The position numbers and the translations under genes are program-made. A DNA stretch of 64,000 bases from contig CAZZJO010000010.1 in assembly GCA_964654645.1 (NCBI GenBank), forward strand, positions 65,051-129,050, given 5' to 3'. Below, piece by piece: positions 25,948-34,579 of this stretch (the first letter of the stretch is position 1; each line of letters opens with the position of its first letter). This DNA is from an uncultured Verrucomicrobiota bacterium (GTDB lineage Bacteria > Verrucomicrobiota > Verrucomicrobiia > Limisphaerales > CAZZJO01). The notes under the pieces were generated by a model. It was not told the DNA's origin. It saw only the letters and a program-made list of their open reading frames with translations, and did no database searches.

Positions 25948-26984
25948 ACACTTAATTCCTCGCCAACAGATTTAAGGGTGGAAATTGCAGGTTGGAAAAT
26001 CGACCGCAAATATTTGATGTTTGAACCGAAGTTATACTGAATATCACGGGGTTTTCGGCTATCCCGGGAACGTTCTATGACCAACCATCCCGACCAACCT
26101 ATCTCATCTAAAGCAGCCTTAAACTGGACTAAATCAACCGCAGGGTCATTCTCCAAAAGTTCACCGTCCTCATTCGAACAATGAATTTGGCAAATAAGAT
26201 CCTTACCCAAAATCCGAATTTCCTTGCAAGGGTCTCGGTTAAATTTGAGGGCATTAGCAAGGTTAAAATAAATCTTTACGGCAGGAGAACCGACTTCTTC
26301 AAGCATTGCCACCTCGTCCCTCGCGGGCATAGTGGTTTCTATTCCAATTATTACCCCTGCCTCTTCCGCCATTCTACCAACGCGACGCAAACGGTTTACA
26401 ACTTCGGGACGCAATTCAGGTCGTTTCTGCAAATCTGACGCAACTCCCAAAGGCAAAAAACCCACCCGTACGCCTAAGCGTTTCATTGTATCGATGCTCT
26501 CACATACTAAATCCATGTAATTTGTACGCTCTGCAAAAGAAACAGCGTAAAATGCCGTCATAGCAATCGAACAGATTTCAACCCCATTTGTACGTGCTGC
26601 TTCCAAAAACGCATTGCATGCTAACTCATTTGTAAGGCGGTTATCAAACGTGACACGATTTCCCAACGGTCCCATATCAACTTCGACCCCGTCGGCGCCT
26701 AATTGGCGTGCTAAAGTAAACACACCTATTTTCTGGCGTTTCAGCACCATCCAGTCACAAATCCCTATCTTAAACCTAGCAACGTTAGCCTTGTTTTTCC
26801 CATACCCTCCCCCAAGGGATGTATCAGACGGCTGTCCTTGCTGTTCGAAACCGCCTAAAGATGCTGAAGCAATCAGACACATTAGTATCAATGCAAAAAG
26901 TGGCCTTGACAGAAAACCCAACCGACATGCTATCATGCACTCCGTTACTGGTTCTCCACGTCTCTTTTGATCTCGCATTATCAC
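25902..26984 (-). CDS. Exported sugar-phosphate isomerase/epimerase-type (xylose-isomerase-like) TIM-barrel protein
   Basis: 'KIGICDWMVLKRQ...ARQLGADGVEVDMG', 'IGIETT' and 'ICQIHCSNEDGE' follow the AP-endo2/xylose-isomerase-like TIM pattern. Hydrophobic signal 'LSRPLFALILMCLIASASLGG'. The 3' end overlaps the next gene by ~46 nt. Confidence 0.7.
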   Translation of the reverse strand: MIMRDQKRRGEPVTECMIACRLGFLSRPLFALILMCLIASASLGGFEQQGQPSDTSLGGGYGKNKANVARFKIGICDWMVLKRQKIGVFTLARQLGADGVEVDMGPLGNRVTFDNRLTNELACNAFLEAARTNGVEICSIAMTAFYAVSFAERTNYMDLVCESIDTMKRLGVRVGFLPLGVASDLQKRPELRPEVVNRLRRVGRMAEEAGVIIGIETTMPARDEVAMLEEVGSPAVKIYFNLANALKFNRDPCKEIRILGKDLICQIHCSNEDGELLENDPAVDLVQFKAALDEIGWSGWLVIERSRDSRKPRDIQYNFGSNIKYLRSIFQPAISTLKSVGEELSVWRNSCYTLEQYCLD

Positions 26985-27199
26985 CGCGTGTAAAATGCTT
27001 ATCGTTAAGTGTTCCTGTTGGTTCTTCTACAAAATTACAACTTTTTTGTAAAACTGAGTTTGGCGTTTACACGACCTCGATAACGGACCTCAAAAATGTC
27101 GCTGCTATCCTAAAAGAGTTCATTGAAGCTTTTCTAGAAAGATTTTTCCAACTGCATAGCAATCCCGAACATGTTTTTGTCTCCGAAAGGTAGGTGCAT

Positions 27200-27619
27200 T
27201 TATATAACGGCACCGAACTGTTGCACAGATACCTTCCAAAACCTCAAAACGGGCCCGTTAATCAACCGCTCACCATTGACAGAAGTTCTCGGCAATTTCC
27301 TACGTACGTGCAGTATATCAAATTCGCCCTGATGGGGGGATACACCTTTTACATTCAAACCACCCTTGATTGCGAGAATGAGATACACCTGGTGTAACAG
27401 TTTAACCTTCGAACTTAGGTATCCCAGTTCCTCCATCTTAACTTCCATACTTGAGCCGACAATTAAACTATCCTCGACTCCCAAACCGTCGTTACGAGCA
27501 GTTGCCCTACACATTACTTTCAATGCCTTCGGATGCTGTCCCACAGCATCGCCAATTATCAATTTGAGAATTACAGCCGGAGTATCCCAAGACCCCTGAC
27601 CATACATCAACGTTTGCAC
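27200..27619 (-). CDS. Possible divergent RbsD/FucU-family sugar mutarotase-like protein (139 aa)
   Basis: Length and register match my recollection of E. coli FucU (recalled sequence; no alignment was run). 'VILKLIIGDAV' aligns with 'ELLKVLAEMGHGDEI', 'RNDGLGV' with 'RADGLLV', and 'NGERLINGPVLRFWKV' with 'TGERAKYGNILLKKGV'. The His of the GHGD motif is not conserved. Confidence 0.35.
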   Translation of the reverse strand: MQTLMYGQGSWDTPAVILKLIIGDAVGQHPKALKVMCRATARNDGLGVEDSLIVGSSMEVKMEELGYLSSKVKLLHQVYLILAIKGGLNVKGVSPHQGEFDILHVRRKLPRTSVNGERLINGPVLRFWKVSVQQFGAVI

Positions 27620-27903
27620 ACATCCTTATGCCCTTATTAGGAGGGTAATTTTATAAACAACCCAGTTATGCAATAAGGCATCCCTGCTATTTGTAGCTGC
27701 TGGGAAAAGCATTTCACCTGCAGTGGGAAACGCACCTGTTTCATGGTAACACTCTTCATAGTGCGTACATCCATGGACAACGACAACGAAGTTGGCATCG
27801 TTGTTTGGGACGGATGGAAACTGGCAGTGATTTTATCTCATCAAATTGGCCACTTTCGGTCTGTGTGCGAAACCGTAAGTTAGCTAAAGGGCCCGCACAT
27901 GAA

Positions 27904-28218
27904 TCAGTATTGGCTACCAAGCAAAAGCTGTGCACTTCTCAACTCCTTCATTGGGATGGAGATTAAATGGGGTATCCACAGCAGAAATAAAATGCCCCCG
28001 CCCCGTAAAAATCTGGTAAATAATACGCCTTTTAGCAGAGTCAACTCCTGGGTTACCAACATTAGCAGGGTATAATCATGTGCCCACTCATGAAATCCCG
28101 GAGTTTCCAATGTGTGCAAAAGGGCATTCGTCGTGGGCAATGTAACGCACGTATCACAATCATGCGCGGTAGCTTGGGCGCGTGACTTTTGAAAATTTAA
28201 TTTAGTCACATAGTTCAT
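27904..28218 (-). CDS. Hypothetical 104-aa protein (doubtful gene) with an HEWAH (HExxH-like) motif
   Basis: It is the only ORF in this spacer. It contains 'PGFHEWAHDY' followed by a hydrophobic segment. There is no other support. Confidence 0.2.
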   Translation of the reverse strand: MNYVTKLNFQKSRAQATAHDCDTCVTLPTTNALLHTLETPGFHEWAHDYTLLMLVTQELTLLKGVLFTRFLRGGGILFLLWIPHLISIPMKELRSAQLLLGSQY

Positions 28219-28345
28219 TAATCCCCGGGGTACTTACAGAGCAAGCACCCCTCGATTTATCTACAATAAGGTCTAAATTTGTTACTCAGCGTACATCGAG
28301 GTAACTAAACGTAAAAGGAACTCTAAAACAGAAGGGCGAAACATT

Positions 28346-30013
28346 TCATTTGCAATGTGAATATTGTACGAGTGGATTTGTGATTATGTTATAAGGCCAG
28401 CGATTTATGTCACGCCGGTCAAAGTTGTTTCTCAAGTCAGTCCAATCAACCTTTGGTCCACGTGGGTCAAGCCCCCAAAGAAATGATTCAATATTTGTGT
28501 ACCCATCCCCGTTACAATCTGCGGAAGCATCGGAGGGATCGTGGGGATTCAAACCGTGAGCCAATTCCCACTCATCTGGCATTCCATCATTATCTGAGTC
28601 TTTGTATGGTGTGCCTTTGTATTCCGGATATCCTCCCACCTGAGAAATATCGGTTATTATTCCATCGCCGAAAACTGGTTGTCCTGTACGAACCATCTCT
28701 ATTATCCGTTCATCTACCGCATCACGCTTAGGCAAAGTTGCTCCCGCATTGGCTAAGACAAACTCAAAAGCATGGTAAGCCGAATGAACAAATAATGGTG
28801 CATGCGGGAATGGGGCATTGGTCCGGATTTTGGAGAGTACGGTCTGGGGCGGTGAGATAGAGGAAACTTGCACACCGCCATCCCAATTGTCTCTGGTGAC
28901 TCGTTCGTTACCTTCCACCACGTTGCCGACCACAAATGCGACCCCAAACTCGTCCACGGGTGGTTTTGCACGTTTAGATTCGGGCTTCAAAACCCTATAG
29001 GAAATCGGCTCACCCCTAGGGGTTGCCGGTCCTGGCTTGTAATAATTGCTGATTATATTGAACCAACTTCGGTGATCTCCACCATCAACAGTCCGATGAC
29101 GCCAATTAAAGAGAACGTTATTAACGAAGGTGAAGTCGCCATACATACCTACACTTGGGTTCCGTCCTGTGTTACAAGCCCATAAATTGTGATGGAAAGT
29201 GCTGTTCAACCCACCAAGGGTACTCCCAAAAGCATGGTTGTAAGTATTTAATGCCTCAGCAATTAAACAGTTTTGGATTGTAATGTTTACAGTGGGTAGC
29301 TTCGCCGGTGGCGTTTGAGGATTTCCATCATCATCATACATATGGCGATACATCGAGAGATTTTCGTCCAATCCCCAAGTGGCCGAAACGTGATCTATAA
29401 TAATATTCCCGACAGGGTTCCCTCCTAAGGAGTCATTTCGGTCTGCCACATTAGTAATCCCTCGGCGAAACCGCATGTGGCGGATCACTACGTCATGCGT
29501 CTCAATTTCTACCGTGTTGCCCGCCACACATATGCCATCACCAGGGGCTGAGCTACCATCAATTGTTATGTAGGGTGCCCGGATCCTAATCCTATCTTTG
29601 AGTCGGATTATCCCTGCTACATTGAAAACAACTATGCGTGGTCCGCCGGCCTCGCAGGCCTCGCGGAATGTCCCAGGCCCTGAATCTGCAAGGTTGGTAA
29701 CTACAAACACGCGGCCTCCACGGCCACCCATCGTGTACATCCCCCCACCCCAGGCCCCCGGAAAAGCAGGAATCTTTGCCTTAGGCAAGTCATCAGGCTT
29801 AGATGCCCACGGCACAAATGGCCGGCCTCTAGATTCCCATTCTTTGATGATTGGGAGTGCCCTCTGAAAAGCTTCATCCGATCGTTTATCGCTTTCAACA
29901 CGGGCAGCATCGGCAGCGCGTTGTAACTCAGGGGGAACAGTAGGATATTGCGCACAAAGATGTGCGAGTATTCCTACACAACTAAAAGACACTGTTAAAC
30001 GCAAGAGCTTCAT
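28346..30013 (-). CDS. Secreted pectate lyase, polysaccharide lyase family 1-like beta-helix, with C-terminal TSP3-type acidic repeats
   Basis: The internal ATG at 30013 gives the signal peptide 'MKLLRLTVSFSCVGILAHLCAQ'. 'VFVVTNLADSGPGTFREACEAGGPRIVVFNVAGIIRL' and 'HHNLWACNTGRNPSVG...FVNNVLFNW' are typical of PL1-type lyases. C-terminus 'DSDNDGMPDEWELAHGLNPHDPSDASADCNGDGYTNIESFLWGLDP'. Confidence 0.75.
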   Translation of the reverse strand: MKLLRLTVSFSCVGILAHLCAQYPTVPPELQRAADAARVESDKRSDEAFQRALPIIKEWESRGRPFVPWASKPDDLPKAKIPAFPGAWGGGMYTMGGRGGRVFVVTNLADSGPGTFREACEAGGPRIVVFNVAGIIRLKDRIRIRAPYITIDGSSAPGDGICVAGNTVEIETHDVVIRHMRFRRGITNVADRNDSLGGNPVGNIIIDHVSATWGLDENLSMYRHMYDDDGNPQTPPAKLPTVNITIQNCLIAEALNTYNHAFGSTLGGLNSTFHHNLWACNTGRNPSVGMYGDFTFVNNVLFNWRHRTVDGGDHRSWFNIISNYYKPGPATPRGEPISYRVLKPESKRAKPPVDEFGVAFVVGNVVEGNERVTRDNWDGGVQVSSISPPQTVLSKIRTNAPFPHAPLFVHSAYHAFEFVLANAGATLPKRDAVDERIIEMVRTGQPVFGDGIITDISQVGGYPEYKGTPYKDSDNDGMPDEWELAHGLNPHDPSDASADCNGDGYTNIESFLWGLDPRGPKVDWTDLRNNFDRRDINRWPYNIITNPLVQYSHCK

Positions 30014-30141
30014 ACATAGAGGATTTGGTAACGTCTGGAACGCTTCATGCAAAAACATGGGGCAGGGCAGTAACGTTGTCGACCTGCCCCACCCCCGATT
30101 TCTCACCTACCAACCATAACCCCACCAATCTTATCGCTAAA

Positions 30142-33100
30142 CTATGGATATACCAACCGATAGAAAGCCGCAGGTGTTCTTTCGATAGGGAGCGTAACGT
30201 AATTAGTGAGCCATGAACCTCCAACCGTAACCCAGTTTGTACTCAAACCTACCGCCAAGCTGTTCGTCTGCATTTCCAATCGCCACCACCGATATTGGGA
30301 TGGCCATGTAAAGACGAGGTTTGTACCCCCTTGAACCACCGTTTCTAACCGCGGCAATCCACTACCGACTCTCAACACAAGGTTGGTCACCATGTCCCTA
30401 ATATCCCAATATAGGCCTGGTCCTGGAGCCGGGACCACACCGGGCTGAGCCGGGATCGTATTATCTGGAGTATTTGGGTTATTTCCTCGACTAAACAGTC
30501 TCAACTCCATACCTGGCGTGAATGTACCGCCTAAGTTATTAATCACCAGTGTAGCACCCAGCGAAGCATTTGCACCAAAGTTAACCCACCCAAGATCCCA
30601 AATGTATTGTAGGTCGATTACATCATTCGTAACCCCTGGCTCCACATCAAACTCCACCCTAGCACCAGCCAACATATCCAGCCTTGTGCCTATCGTCATC
30701 TTTGCAATTTCACCCGGCCTGTTTCCAATCCTCAATGTTGAGCCAGGCTGAAGTGTTACCCGGGCGTAATTAGGCTGGACTCCATCGGTGGCGATAACAC
30801 CCGTGCCACTTAACGTGCCGTAAACACTCATCCCCACTGAACTCCCAATGCCGCGCTGGTAAATTGTCCCATCGTTCACTACAAGGGCCGTTGCCTGTAC
30901 TGTCCATGGTGTCATTACGTAGATCACACCTGCGTTATGCAAAATGGCGTTCGAACGCAAAGTAATTACTTGCACACCCGTGTCTATTGTTCCGAAGTTA
31001 GTTAATACACCGCCTGAATCGACAACTACACCGCCAACAACAGAGCCCATCGCATCAATTAACGCATTACCTCGAATCTCTACCCCACCAGTTTGGCCAT
31101 TGAAGGCAAATCGTGATCCTGTGTTTACTGTTACGCTTCCTACTCTACCTGCTCCGGTAAACTCACCTTCGTAGAGCTCAAGCACCGCATCAGACTGTAC
31201 ATTCCACTCCACTGAAGCTGCACCATACTTGGCAATTCGGGTGGTTCCTACTATCTGTCCCCACCCCCAGCCGAATGTGTACGATTTTATGTTATTACTA
31301 AAAGTGATTCCTGCAATGTCAGGTGATTGTCCAGGGATTACATTCTCTACCAACAACACCTCCTGAGACACTGCCGTATCGTCAAACACAACGAAATCAC
31401 CGTCGATAAACCTTGTTGGTTCACCTGTATCGATTCGCACCCAGTTAGTCGTCATCGTATCCCAGTAATTATTTACATTCCCCACCCACTTGATCATCCG
31501 TGGTTGGTTGGTGTTGAGTGTCAACCTAACCATTCCGCTAACCTGGTCAGCCAATAGAGTACCGACCATGCCACTTGGTAACCGTCCTAATTTCAAAACG
31601 GGGCTGACAGTATTCATGTAAGAAATTAGGTCAATCGTCACTGGGTATGTACCTACATTTTGAACCGAAGCGACGTTAATCACACCACCTGAACCTGACG
31701 TCACAAGATTTGTCACATAGACAAAAGGACCAAAGCCATTGATATGGAGGGTTAGAATTCCATTTTCGCTAAATTCGAGCCTATCTAACCGCTTATCTGC
31801 GTTAGCTATGGTGTTTGTGAGGATCAAATGCCCACCGTTCGTAATGTAAATTTGCCCACTCCCCGAGAGGTTAGGTACTCCTGGGGTTGTTTCAACCGGG
31901 ATCTCGACACGGTTAACCATTGCAGTACCTCCAACATATAATCTCCCCCAAGTACTGTTGGGATTACTGTTAAGATTCGTATTAGCAGCATAGCCCAAAA
32001 TTAAGCATTCGTTGACCTTCAAAACCGCCTTGTTCGTTACCCACAAAGTACCCTGACAATAACCTCGGTTCGTATGATTTGGATTACGATCTTGGAACCC
32101 CAATATGAGTTTGTTGACGTCTATCACACCATCCCCAATAGCCATCCAAGCCTGAAAACTCGGATCGCTCGATAGCACACTCCTGTCCCGTGCTAAATAC
32201 ATCAAATCCGCTAAGATATCCACCACTCCACCCCCTAACCAAATCCACGCTTTTATGTTGCTAGACGCTGCGTTAGTAGCACCGCCATCATCCCCAACAG
32301 CGAACACACTGACACGCCCTCCATCCACATTTCGAATTTTAAGATACATGGTATTGGTCACGACATTTGTTACGCCACCCATTATATTGGTGGTAATTCG
32401 CAAGGCAGGGTTAAATGCCACATACCCTTGCTGGTTAGCGCCGACAAAACAAATACTGTCTGCATAAATCTCATTCCAAATCCCAAGACCATTGGTACCG
32501 TACGGGCTAGTAGCACCTGACGCAGCGCTACTCAAATACATGTACGCAAACAACCGAGAATCATTTGTATAATCAGAACACTTGTAATTGGCTCGAATAA
32601 TGTTGGTTTTTGCTAGGAAGAAATCGCAATTCCACCGCCTGGGCACTCCGCCGTAACCATTGTTTTGAAAGTTCCAGAAATTTGGATATGCAGAATAATC
32701 ACCAATCGCCATTCGGTCCACATCTGCTACAAATATGTCCAAGCCGCTAAGATCGAGTAATGGCTTATTCAAGGCACCATCAACCAAATATGCGAATTTA
32801 GCCTCGGGGTTACTTACAATTAAGCTTGCCCTTTCCCCTTTAAAATAGATGGCTGGCCTGGTCGCACTCCAGAGCCCAGCGTATTCATTAATATAATCGC
32901 GCAACACCCAAAAACCATTTGTGCCAGTAACTGTGAGCTTCTTCTCAGGAGCTATCTCAAATATATGGAAACGGGTATTTGCATTCGTTTGAGCAAATCG
33001 CAAGGAGCCGATCTCTACATCATCCGAAACCAAACATGTTACAACTTGGTTAGTTGTCGTACCCTCCACCACAACGGTGTTTGAAGCACCTCCTAGATCA

Positions 33101-33591
33101 CAGAATATCACATCGGAACCGGTTCCAGGAAATCCCCCTAACCAGTTGATTGGATCAGACCAGAAAGTGTTACTCCCCGCCCAAATAATTCCTGACTGTA
33201 GGATAAAGTTTAGACTTGCCAGTGCCGAACCGCCATCGGCTTGGAGCACCAGGTCATAGATGCCTTGCGGTACATTAGTAGCAAAAATCCACAAATAGAA
33301 GGGCAGTTGGTTCGTACCACTAATTACAACAGATCTCATCGGGGTGCCGTTTATGTCGGTGATCTCATACGCTGCATTTTCAGGGAGCCCCGAAATACTA
33401 AAGTTGACCGTAATTGTCCCGGACACGCTATAGTAAAGTGTATTAGAAGCCCGCTGCACATCGTAAACCCCAACCGGCACAGTCAACCGGGGACGGCTTG
33501 TCCGGATTTGCAAGGTTTGACCAGTGGCTTGGGATAAAGTTAAGCCGCCAACCGCGACCAGAAATACCACATTTCTAATCAAGTTCTTCAT
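30142..33591 (-). CDS. Large secreted beta-helix / autotransporter-associated-beta-strand-repeat-like surface protein (1149 aa)
   Basis: Signal peptide 'MKNLIRNVVFLVAVGGLTLSQATGQ'. 'FWSDPINWLGGFPGTGSDVIFCD' and 'NNYWDTMTTNWVRIDTGEPTRFIDGDFVVFDD' are typical entry motifs of PVC-type beta-strand-repeat proteins. Gly/Thr/Asn/Val-rich repeats. C-terminus '...LVFTWPSQYRWWRLEMQTN...AAFYRLVYP'. Confidence 0.7.
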   Translation of the reverse strand: MKNLIRNVVFLVAVGGLTLSQATGQTLQIRTSRPRLTVPVGVYDVQRASNTLYYSVSGTITVNFSISGLPENAAYEITDINGTPMRSVVISGTNQLPFYLWIFATNVPQGIYDLVLQADGGSALASLNFILQSGIIWAGSNTFWSDPINWLGGFPGTGSDVIFCDLGGASNTVVVEGTTTNQVVTCLVSDDVEIGSLRFAQTNANTRFHIFEIAPEKKLTVTGTNGFWVLRDYINEYAGLWSATRPAIYFKGERASLIVSNPEAKFAYLVDGALNKPLLDLSGLDIFVADVDRMAIGDYSAYPNFWNFQNNGYGGVPRRWNCDFFLAKTNIIRANYKCSDYTNDSRLFAYMYLSSAASGATSPYGTNGLGIWNEIYADSICFVGANQQGYVAFNPALRITTNIMGGVTNVVTNTMYLKIRNVDGGRVSVFAVGDDGGATNAASSNIKAWIWLGGGVVDILADLMYLARDRSVLSSDPSFQAWMAIGDGVIDVNKLILGFQDRNPNHTNRGYCQGTLWVTNKAVLKVNECLILGYAANTNLNSNPNSTWGRLYVGGTAMVNRVEIPVETTPGVPNLSGSGQIYITNGGHLILTNTIANADKRLDRLEFSENGILTLHINGFGPFVYVTNLVTSGSGGVINVASVQNVGTYPVTIDLISYMNTVSPVLKLGRLPSGMVGTLLADQVSGMVRLTLNTNQPRMIKWVGNVNNYWDTMTTNWVRIDTGEPTRFIDGDFVVFDDTAVSQEVLLVENVIPGQSPDIAGITFSNNIKSYTFGWGWGQIVGTTRIAKYGAASVEWNVQSDAVLELYEGEFTGAGRVGSVTVNTGSRFAFNGQTGGVEIRGNALIDAMGSVVGGVVVDSGGVLTNFGTIDTGVQVITLRSNAILHNAGVIYVMTPWTVQATALVVNDGTIYQRGIGSSVGMSVYGTLSGTGVIATDGVQPNYARVTLQPGSTLRIGNRPGEIAKMTIGTRLDMLAGARVEFDVEPGVTNDVIDLQYIWDLGWVNFGANASLGATLVINNLGGTFTPGMELRLFSRGNNPNTPDNTIPAQPGVVPAPGPGLYWDIRDMVTNLVLRVGSGLPRLETVVQGGTNLVFTWPSQYRWWRLEMQTNSLAVGLSTNWVTVGGSWLTNYVTLPIERTPAAFYRLVYP

Positions 33592-33632
33592 GGCTGCTCC
33601 TATTTCTTTGTCTTGATTTAGTTATTGGGCAG

Positions 33633-34475
33633 TTATTGGGCACTTTTTCCCGTCCAAGGCATTTTACTGCAAATCCATTGATAGTCCGGGCTGTTACCTA
33701 TGTACATTCGCTTATCGCCGCCAGTGGACCACCATTTATATTGAAACCTTACTTCCCGGACAGTTCGTGCGTCCCGCCACTTACGAATTTCAGAATGTCC
33801 ATCTGCAAACGAAAACCCTGCTGCCCCGTTGTGAAAGCTCGCTGGTAAATCGCGCCACACTCCTGCGGTACCCAACCCAGGAACCACATGGAATACAGCG
33901 TCATTGATGCTGTCGGGATGCTCATCAAGAAGCACAAACGTGTCAACCGGCTTTGGTATCTGGGAGAGCTTATTTATGGAAGCCAAATATATTTTATTCG
34001 GCTCTGCACTTCCTATTTCAACCTTATTACCTAAAACTGCGTTCATAGCGACACTGCGTACACTTGGCTTTGATGCTTGGGGATGAACAAATTTATCCGC
34101 AGGGCATTTAAAAACTGCCACATCTTTGACATATGCCCCTATAGTAGATCTCTCTGGGTCGGTCAAAATGGAGGTATCCGCATACTCAGGGCCAGGAGCG
34201 CCTGTTTCCCAACCAACTATCCCTGCACACCAAGAACCAGCTTTTCCGTCATTGCGTGGCAATTCACCCATATTATCATCCACCGACATAAGCCAAGCAT
34301 AAGTGAGCTGGCGCGTGTTATTCATGCAGCCAATTCCTTGAGCTTTGAGTTTAGCCTTTCCCAGAACAGGCAGGAGCATACCAGCTAGGATAGCGATAAT
34401 CGCTATGACGACCAATAATTCTATAAGGGTGAACCCGGGTTGAGAGTTATGCTTTTTCTGATTTAATGCAAGCAT
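33633..34475 (-). CDS. Prepilin-type N-terminal cleavage/methylation-domain protein with H-X9-DG motif (DUF1559-like pseudopilin)
   Basis: 'QPG/FTLIELLVVIAIIAILAGMLLP' is a class-III signal with G|F cleavage and E+5. The C-terminal 'FHNGAAGFSFADGHSEIRKW' equals H-X9-DG. Confidence 0.88.
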   Translation of the reverse strand: MLALNQKKHNSQPGFTLIELLVVIAIIAILAGMLLPVLGKAKLKAQGIGCMNNTRQLTYAWLMSVDDNMGELPRNDGKAGSWCAGIVGWETGAPGPEYADTSILTDPERSTIGAYVKDVAVFKCPADKFVHPQASKPSVRSVAMNAVLGNKVEIGSAEPNKIYLASINKLSQIPKPVDTFVLLDEHPDSINDAVFHVVPGLGTAGVWRDLPASFHNGAAGFSFADGHSEIRKWRDARTVREVRFQYKWWSTGGDKRMYIGNSPDYQWICSKMPWTGKSAQ

Positions 34476-34512
34476 AGCAAGTGAAACGCGTTTAACTCAT
34501 TTCCTTTTATAA

Positions 34513-34534
34513 TTGCATATACGCACGCATGCAA
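34513..34534. promoter_or_regulatory. Inverted repeat TTGCAT-N10-ATGCAA between the GntR gene and the pilin-like gene; candidate operator (weak)
   Basis: Read directly: ttgcatatacgcacgcatgcaa. 6-bp arms at a fixed spacing are expected by chance several times in 64 kb, so only the position is suggestive. Confidence 0.2.
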
Positions 34535-34579
34535 GAAAAATTTTTTCCCTTTTTAAAATCGTCCGAAAATCAACATTCG

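Noticed and set aside
30014-30106. 31-codon N-terminal extension of the pectate-lyase ORF. Similar over-extensions occur at ffh, the KH gene, rpsP, the GT9 gene, lpxL and the M48 gene.
   Set aside because: Internal start codons give canonical N-termini or signal peptides and remove the gene overlaps. The extensions are artefacts of longest-ORF calling.
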